From the sequence record NC_062581.1: a stretch of 64,000 bases of DNA. One strand, 5' to 3'. The translations under genes and the position numbers were made by a program. Numbering within the stretch: the stretch's first letter is position 1; each line of letters begins with the position of its first letter. Below, piece by piece: positions 52,851 through 58,404 of this stretch. The notes below the pieces were generated by a model. That model was not told the origin of the DNA, searched no databases, and worked only from the letters and a program-made list of their open reading frames with translations.

Positions 52851-53058
52851 GGGGTAGTTCCTCCGAGAATGTTTTAAGGAATATGCTTTCAGCTATTACC
52901 CAGATTTCATTAGTCTTAGAATCTTTAGTAGGTTCTAGATTGGTATACACTACCATTGGCCAACTACAGTCTTGTCCATGCTTACCAACACAGATAACAT
53001 GAAATCGAATACCCGATGGTGAGAAGTATGTGTGGTTTGGTTTAATTGATTCAAGCAT
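52834..53058 (-). CDS. DUF1653-like small protein
   Basis: FHVICVGKH...MVVYTNL...WVI...F pattern. Confidence 0.6.
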   Translation of the reverse strand: MLESIKPNHTYFSPSGIRFHVICVGKHGQDCSWPMVVYTNLEPTKDSKTNEIWVIAESIFLKTFSEELPHGTVL

Positions 53059-53066
53059 TAATGAAC

Positions 53067-53633
53067 CTATTGGGTTTGGACACTTACCGATACACCACCG
53101 GATGCGGTGAATCTAGTAAAGCGGGGTTTGATTTCTATTCCGTACTGCTTACACCATTTACGCACTGAGTTATCTGATACACCATATTTCTCTCCAACCT
53201 TTACCATGGACATTATTAACATGTCTGCTTCTAGTTGTTCTTTATCTGGACGTTCTACTTTTCTTCGACCCAAAGCAGAACATTCCGAACTGCAATATAC
53301 ATCAAGATCTTTACTAAGTACACACTGACATTGTTCACAAAGTTTAGTTGGATATTGTTTTGGGTCAATACCCATACGGCGCATCCAACCATGCAGCTTT
53401 TGGTGTTGTGATTGCGTAAGTACTAATAAATTTTCAGGGTGATTATTCATTTTGTTTTCGTCTAGATGATGTACCTCTTCATCTTTAGCCAACGGACGAC
53501 CCATGAACTCTTCTGCTACCACGCGATGCTCATATACCCAGCCATACATCTTTGGATTCATTAAAGCATGTAAATGATCAGGTAGGTGTAGAGCAATGTA
53601 CCCATTAATAACTTTTTGTTTGATCTTTTCCAT
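53067..53633 (-). CDS. HNH homing endonuclease
   Basis: YEHRVVAEEFMGRPL...VHHLDENKMNNHPENL; CxxC...C...C zinc motif; C-terminal HTH. Confidence 0.9.
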   Translation of the reverse strand: MEKIKQKVINGYIALHLPDHLHALMNPKMYGWVYEHRVVAEEFMGRPLAKDEEVHHLDENKMNNHPENLLVLTQSQHQKLHGWMRRMGIDPKQYPTKLCEQCQCVLSKDLDVYCSSECSALGRRKVERPDKEQLEADMLIMSMVKVGEKYGVSDNSVRKWCKQYGIEIKPRFTRFTASGGVSVSVQTQ

Positions 53634-53673
53634 TTACGTCTCCCGTCCATGGTTCGAATAGATATAACGAAAT

Positions 53674-53697
53674 AATGGAAGCCGAAGCTTCCATTAG
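53674..53697 (-). terminator. Hairpin/terminator after tRNA-Asn
   Basis: TAATGGAAGC-TTCG-GCTTCCATTA, 10-bp stem. Confidence 0.75.
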
Positions 53698-53701
53698 AAA
53701 T

Positions 53702-53789
53702 TGGCTGGTAAGGCTGGACTCGAACCAGCGGTGTGCTTTCGCAAACGGATTAACAGTCCGCCCCCTGCTACCAACTCGGGTACTTACCA
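53702..53789 (-). tRNA. tRNA-Asn(GTT) with long variable arm
   Basis: U1-A72, G73, GCGGA-CTGTTAA-TCCGT, variable hairpin TGC-GAAA-GCA, CCA. Confidence 0.88.
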
Positions 53790-53797
53790 ATTTTAAA

Positions 53798-53835
53798 ACG
53801 TATCGGCAATGACTCTACCAACTGAGCTATTTACC
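53798..53835 (-). pseudogene. tRNA-like 5' half only
   Basis: GGTAAATAGCTCAGTTGGTAGAGTC (D arm) without T arm or 3' strand. Confidence 0.55.
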
Positions 53836-53858
53836 AATGTATCGACAGTTCTTCATGT

Positions 53859-53880
53859 ATACTATTACACATCAAGTACT
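53859..53880 (-). promoter_or_regulatory. Bipartite phage promoter
   Basis: AGTACT-TGATGT-GTAATAGTAT. Confidence 0.75.
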
Positions 53881-53969
53881 TTTAATCTGTATTGGGATGC
53901 CAGGCTTCCACTGGATGATTGTTTTACCTAGACTCCCTTTAAAGATCTAGCAATGCTTGAAACTATTAC

Positions 53970-54079
53970 CTCAACAGTTCCCTAGTTACTGATTACCCTG
54001 CGCGCCAGGTCGTACGTTAACTAGGTAGGCGTGGAACGACGCCTCGTTTTAGTTCTGCACCGAAGTGCCTTCTGTTGAG
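53970..54079 (-). ncRNA. Putative four-way-junction RNA
   Basis: CTCAACAG/CTGTTGAG closing stem; GCAC-TTCG-GTGC; AGGCGT/ACGCCT; CCTAGTTA/TAACTAGG. Confidence 0.6.
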
Positions 54080-54080
54080 C

Positions 54081-54158
54081 AGCCCTCCTTAGATACCGAA
54101 TCTAAATCTCTCTATCCGTGGTATGGACAGAGCGCTTTACCGATTAAGCTAGGTGGGC
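54081..54158 (-). ncRNA. tRNA-like RNA with 8-bp anticodon stem, no CCA
   Basis: GCCCACC/GGAGGGC, GCTT-AATCGGTA-AAGC, CTCTGTCC-ATACCAC-GGATAGAG, TTAGA-TTCGGTA-TCTAA. Confidence 0.7.
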
Positions 54159-54165
54159 ATTGAAT

Positions 54166-54251
54166 TGGTGGATGAAGGAAGGAATTGAACCTCTAGGAGA
54201 ACCGGCGGGGTTACAGGCCGCTGACAGTAGCCATCTGTCTCTACATCATCC
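54166..54251 (-). tRNA. Non-canonical tRNA-Tyr(GTA)
   Basis: Loop CTGTAAC; 8-bp acceptor with one U-U pair; 5-bp D stem GACAG/CTGTC; A73 and CCA. Confidence 0.75.
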
Positions 54252-54259
54252 GTAAAACA

Positions 54260-54394
54260 TTTGAAACTAACTATGGAGAAAGGCGACTCGTTTTATCTCC
54301 TGACTTGTACCCATGCACCCATTATTGAATCACCGGGCGGCTCCTTTAGTGTGATTCGGGCTGTACCTTACCGTCGTTGTTAGTTAATTTCAAA
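54260..54394 (-). ncRNA. Putative structured RNA between tRNA-Pro and tRNA-Tyr
   Basis: Outer TTTGAAA..AACTA/TAGTT..TTTCAAA; inner GAATCAC/GTGATTC and GGAGA/TCTCC. Confidence 0.5.
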
Positions 54395-54396
54395 AC

Positions 54397-54472
54397 TGGT
54401 CAGAGTGGGAGGACTTGAACCTCCGACCACGTAGTCCCAAACCACGCATTCTACCAACTGAACTACACTCTG
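54397..54472 (-). tRNA. tRNA-Pro(TGG)
   Basis: CAGAGTG/CACTCTG, CGTGG-TTTGGGA-CTACG, CCA; 76 nt. Confidence 0.96.
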
Positions 54473-54479
54473 ATGAAAC

Positions 54480-54556
54480 TGGCGGTTCCTACGGGACTTG
54501 AACCCGTGACCTCTCGCGTGACAGGCGAGCGCTCTAACCAACTGAGCTAAGGAACC
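54480..54556 (-). tRNA. tRNA-Asp(GTC)
   Basis: GGTTCCT/AGGAACC, CTCGC-CTGTCAC-GCGAG, G73 and CCA. Confidence 0.96.
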
Positions 54557-54562
54557 TAAAGC

Positions 54563-54667
54563 ATTGAGAGTAACGGCGCTTTAACCGATTAAGCTAACGG
54601 CCCTGTTGGATAGGCGGGCCTTCCGAGTCAAGGGATTTGAACCCAAGTACCTCCGTTACTCTCGAAT
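54563..54667 (-). ncRNA. Circularly permuted tRNA-like RNA, YrlA/Y-RNA-like (unit C)
   Basis: 11-bp outer stem GAGAGTAACGG/CCGTTACTCTC extended by ATT/AAT with bulged C; T-loop GGG-TTCAAAT-CCC; closed acceptor GGCCC/GGGCC; D arm GCTT-AATCGGTTA-AAGC. Confidence 0.8.
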
Positions 54668-54835
54668 CTATGCTACTTGCTGTTCACGTTTACTGACCAT
54701 GTAATCAGCATCGTTTACAGCTTCCCGAAGTATCTGTTTATCTAGTTTAAGATTCTTCCAACTTAGCCTGCTGCAACAGCGGCAATCTGCTGGACCAAAG
54801 TCATCTAAAGGACGTGGTTTAATCTTAACTTTCAT
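54668..54835 (-). CDS. 55-aa protein inside the tRNA cluster (not in ORF track)
   Basis: GGAG RBS; MKVKIKPRPLDDFGPADCRCCSRLSWKNLKLDKQILREAVNDADYMVSKREQQVA*. Confidence 0.65.
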   Translation of the reverse strand: MKVKIKPRPLDDFGPADCRCCSRLSWKNLKLDKQILREAVNDADYMVSKREQQVA

Positions 54836-54856
54836 AGACTACTCCGAGAAAAGAAT

Positions 54857-54934
54857 TGGTGTGAATGAAGAGGATCGAACTCTTGACTTCCAGGGTCACA
54901 TCCTGGCACTCTAACCGACTGAGCTACATTCACC
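54857..54934 (-). tRNA. tRNA-His(GTG)
   Basis: GTGAATG/CATTCAC, CCAGG-ATGTGAC-CCTGG, genomic G at -1, A73, CCA. Confidence 0.92.
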
Positions 54935-54964
54935 ATCAAGCGTCGAGGCAGCAACTGCTCTCGT

Positions 54965-54986
54965 ATACTATTACATACCAAGTATT
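54965..54986 (-). promoter_or_regulatory. Bipartite phage promoter
   Basis: AATACT-TGGTAT-GTAATAGTAT. Confidence 0.8.
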
Positions 54987-55070
54987 ATTTTACATTGGGT
55001 CAAAACTCTTGCAGCTGGACCTGCACTATTGCGCCAGTCCAACCACATATAGTTGTATACAATCAACTAC

Positions 55071-55922
55071 TTAACCGATAAACACAATCTTAGTGTTTAC
55101 TCGACCCAGTTTGGCTAACACTCGGTAGAGACGATTAATGTTGATGTCGTCACTATTAATACGCTTAGCAGCATTAGTGATAATCAGTGTATGAAAGTTA
55201 GTATGGAACTGTGGGAAGTTAGCTAGCAAATGATCATTCAACCATTTCGATTCCCAAAACCATTTACGATGGGTAACTAATTTTTCACCATCGTTACTGC
55301 TGGTCATGATGCTAATTTCCGCTGATGGATCAGCCGCCATATACGCCAATGCTTCTCGAACATTAAAGTGTTGACACAGTTGATCTTCAATGAGTTGCTT
55401 AGCTTCATTGTCCAACGCCAGCAATTTAAACAACACCGACCATGAACATTGATCAATACGTGAATGGATGTCATCGTGATCAAAATGCACAAACCCACGA
55501 CCTAGCGTTTGTTTGAATGCATTAACAAAAGTAGTTACGTTACCCAATGCCGGTCCATTTAAAAACGAAGTATTGTCACGAACGCGTTTCCAATCGGGTA
55601 CATCGCCTTCTAACAAATCCAAGTTATTTGCTTTTTGGATTATGCGTGCCATTTCCTTAGCAATGATTTCCGTAGGTTCATCTGTATCCAGTTCCGCTGT
55701 ATCCAATGCTTCCTCAGTAAACCAGTAATGCAATGCATCATACCGTTTAAGAGTAAACTGTGAGATCACCTCACTAACTACCGGTACGTCTTCGCACAGG
55801 TGCTGTAGGCCCGTTGGGCTATTTTTACCATTACCAAAAACATAAGTTTCTAGTGGTTTATATTTCAAAGGTAACAAATCCCTAGGGTTTTCTATTCTTG
55901 CGGTCATTGCTGCTATGTTCAT
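55071..55922 (-). CDS. Hypothetical protein
   Basis: 283-aa ORF downstream of the promoter at 55980-56001. Confidence 0.8.
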   Translation of the reverse strand: MNIAAMTARIENPRDLLPLKYKPLETYVFGNGKNSPTGLQHLCEDVPVVSEVISQFTLKRYDALHYWFTEEALDTAELDTDEPTEIIAKEMARIIQKANNLDLLEGDVPDWKRVRDNTSFLNGPALGNVTTFVNAFKQTLGRGFVHFDHDDIHSRIDQCSWSVLFKLLALDNEAKQLIEDQLCQHFNVREALAYMAADPSAEISIMTSSNDGEKLVTHRKWFWESKWLNDHLLANFPQFHTNFHTLIITNAAKRINSDDININRLYRVLAKLGRVNTKIVFIG

Positions 55923-55979
55923 TTCTGTGTCCTATTCCCTAACGGGATGTGGTATCAGTTTAAGTAGCGGTATTGCTAC

Positions 55980-56001
55980 ACATTATTACCTTATCAGTAT
56001 T
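55980..56001 (-). promoter_or_regulatory. Bipartite phage promoter
   Basis: AATACT-GATAAG-GTAATAATGT. Confidence 0.7.
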
Positions 56002-56037
56002 TTACAGCATAAAGCCTCCCTAAGGAGACTAGATGCA

Positions 56038-56517
56038 TTAATTAGTAAATTTACCTGTGGTAACGTCGTAGTGAGATTCGGCAATGTGTTTCCATTCAGG
56101 CCATCGTTCACGAAAAGCTTTACGGGCTATTACCATCTCTTCTGGAGTCAGAACGATATCATACTGAATATCGTTGTTCCAAGGAAGAGGATTAAAACGG
56201 CCCGTTGATTTGTGGTAGAACGAATACTCGCCACTATCTACTGGCATTGCTACAGTATTGTTAGGGCCAGGTTTAACTGGGTGTTCTACTTCTACCCTTG
56301 GTGTAGCATTAGAGGCTTCCTTTAGAATAACAACAATTGATTTCCTGACAAATGGGGTAGGGCTTGCAAACTGGCTTAAGTCTGGAACGTAAGTGTCTTT
56401 GGTACCATGTAATTGATAGCTTCGGCCATTTGCATTAGATCCTCGAAGACCAGGGAATTGTACTTTGATAAAAGTTTCTTGATCTGCTGATTGGACTTCA
56501 GTTGATGTTCGTTCCAC
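56038..56517 (-). CDS. Hypothetical protein
   Basis: 159-aa ORF. Confidence 0.65.
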   Translation of the reverse strand: MERTSTEVQSADQETFIKVQFPGLRGSNANGRSYQLHGTKDTYVPDLSQFASPTPFVRKSIVVILKEASNATPRVEVEHPVKPGPNNTVAMPVDSGEYSFYHKSTGRFNPLPWNNDIQYDIVLTPEEMVIARKAFRERWPEWKHIAESHYDVTTGKFTN

Positions 56518-56792
56518 TGGTAACCTTCCACTTCCATAAACATGACAAACAAAGGCTTATCAGAAACAATAGCCAGTTCGGTTAGTTCTGCTACTGAATA
56601 CATTCCAATAGCGGCTGGTGTAATTACAAAGACATTAGCCGAAGCTTCTTCTTTAGCCCTATCTTCACGGGCAGCATCTTCGGGTTTCCAATCGGCCATT
56701 ACTGGATTAAAGTAAGGTACCTTTAATAGAGGAATTAAAAGCTCACGATAATCAGGGCCTGCGCAAGTGCCACCTAAAAAGACTTCACTCAT
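56376..56792 (-). CDS. Nucleoside 2-deoxyribosyltransferase-like protein
   Basis: VFLGGTC...YFNPV..DW...E...K...VITP...YSVAE pattern; likely start MSEVF; overlaps the next ORF. Confidence 0.7.
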   Translation of the reverse strand: MSEVFLGGTCAGPDYRELLIPLLKVPYFNPVMADWKPEDAAREDRAKEEASANVFVITPAAIGMYSVAELTELAIVSDKPLFVMFMEVEGYQWNEHQLKSNQQIKKLLSKYNSLVFEDLMQMAEAINYMVPKTLTFQT

Positions 56793-56912
56793 TTGACAGT
56801 CACCCGAACACCTTTGTTCCACAAATCTACTCGACCAAAAAGACGATAGTTATTACGCCCTACGCCAATGCGAATCATTTCATTACCTGGTTTATTGACG
56901 AGTGGGGTGAAC

Positions 56913-57449
56913 TTAACTTGCTTTGATGCTCGAATTATTGATGTTGCCAATGCTGTCGCTACTAACTTGATTAATTGATCCATTTTCTAGTTCCACTTTC
57001 TTTCTATTGATAACCGGTTTGGTTGGATTAGTCAATACACGGTAACCATCAATACCCACTTGAATAACGTTACGTCTCCAAGCTGCAACTTCTAGTACTC
57101 GCATTGCTTCATACAAAATGCGATCTACTTCTTTGCGATCAATTCTTACCTGTGTAGGTACACCATTGATTACCTGGGTAATTTCGTAATGTTCACAGAG
57201 GTAGTCATGTAAAGTAGTAGCTTGAGAGTATTCGCCTAATGGGGAGATAAGCCATTGGAAGATAAATGGAACAGAAGCACCGTCCGTTAGAAAACCGGTA
57301 GGAATGTCAACATACTTGTCTGAGTTTTCTTGTCCGATGTAATAACGGAAACCAGGAATGACACGGTAATAAGTTTTACCTAAGATACGACTAGCTTCTT
57401 TATCAAACGTCAGTTGTTCGTCTGCGGTGAATCGAGTAAACGTACTCAT
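56913..57449 (-). CDS. DUF1353-like protein
   Basis: IPTGFLTDGASVP...ATTLHDYL...DRILYEAM. Confidence 0.8.
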   Translation of the reverse strand: MSTFTRFTADEQLTFDKEASRILGKTYYRVIPGFRYYIGQENSDKYVDIPTGFLTDGASVPFIFQWLISPLGEYSQATTLHDYLCEHYEITQVINGVPTQVRIDRKEVDRILYEAMRVLEVAAWRRNVIQVGIDGYRVLTNPTKPVINRKKVELENGSINQVSSDSIGNINNSSIKAS

Positions 57450-57516
57450 TGTTATTTCGCCTGTGGTTGTTGTACATACGATTACGGCATAGAGAGAGCC
57501 ATTGGCTCTCTCTATT

Positions 57517-58224
57517 TTATCCGCTTACATATTCTACAACTGGACGCCATGCACGGTTCTTATCTGTTGTAGTGGTACTGTACGGATAAAGTCCCGTAAC
57601 TGCGCCACTACCATTATTTCGTTGTACGTGATTTCCTGTACCAGAAATTAACTCTTGCATGATTGGGCAAGCCCCTAGCTGACTAAGTGTTCCTAAACCC
57701 ATATCCGTAGGTGTATAGTCCGCCAATATTGGTCCTTCCAATGCTGTTCTTGTTGCCGACGTATTAATAAGACCATACATTAATTTGTTCCATTCTGAGC
57801 CGACCGAACCAGGTGGATTTAATGTATTTATTGCCCCGTCATAAGGACTAGAGTTAGCGCCGCGCATTAACCTAACTCGATATGTCACACCTTTAATAAC
57901 AACAAGTTTATTTTGTGTTGGTGTAACTACACCAAAATTATTAAGGGAAGTCCATGACAAGTTAGTTCGAATAGACATCTTTGGAATAAATTGAATGTTG
58001 CCATTAAAAGCTAATTTAATCCAGTTAACTGTATCGTTAACTAACACTCCACCCGTTACACCACATAGTGCAGCTAGCTCTGAGCCACTAATAAATTCAC
58101 TACTACCTACTTCACCAAAGTAACCAATTTGGTCGTTACCTGTGGCCAACACTTGTGGCCCCGGAATACCGTTAGGCCATGTAGTCTGTTTCCCAATACC
58201 TGAAGAGACTAATAAGTCAAACAT
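57517..58224 (-). CDS. phiKZ-like virion structural (tail-associated) paralog-family protein
   Basis: PGPQVL..GNDQIGYFGEV.SSEFISG.ELA...WIK...RVRLMRG...SEWNKLMY...WRPV pattern. Confidence 0.7.
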   Translation of the reverse strand: MFDLLVSSGIGKQTTWPNGIPGPQVLATGNDQIGYFGEVGSSEFISGSELAALCGVTGGVLVNDTVNWIKLAFNGNIQFIPKMSIRTNLSWTSLNNFGVVTPTQNKLVVIKGVTYRVRLMRGANSSPYDGAINTLNPPGSVGSEWNKLMYGLINTSATRTALEGPILADYTPTDMGLGTLSQLGACPIMQELISGTGNHVQRNNGSGAVTGLYPYSTTTTDKNRAWRPVVEYVSG

Positions 58225-58261
58225 AATTGTTACTCAGAAAAAATTCATATGATTACGACAT

Positions 58262-58382
58262 AAAGGCCATCCCTAAGGACAGCCTTTAAGAAATGATAGC
58301 TACAGAAGGATCTCTTCTAGAGAACTCTACGATAGAGTGCCCGGCGGGTAACTAGTAGGTGTTGAGACAGCAGGTCTCTAAC
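58262..58382 (-). ncRNA. Putative ~100-nt small RNA between promoter and terminator
   Basis: Promoter 58383-58404; hairpins GAGAC/GTCTC, CTCT/AGAG and TCTCT/AGAGA; terminator 58262-58287; no ORF. Confidence 0.55.
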
Positions 58383-58404
58383 ATACTATTACCTACCCAG
58401 TATT
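58383..58404 (-). promoter_or_regulatory. Bipartite phage promoter
   Basis: AATACT-GGGTAG-GTAATAGTAT. Confidence 0.8.

Noticed and set aside
48797-55074. ORF-track entries 48797-49057, 48908-49138, 53605-53790 and 54865-55074
   Set aside because: They overlap tRNA genes and are translation artefacts of RNA sequence.
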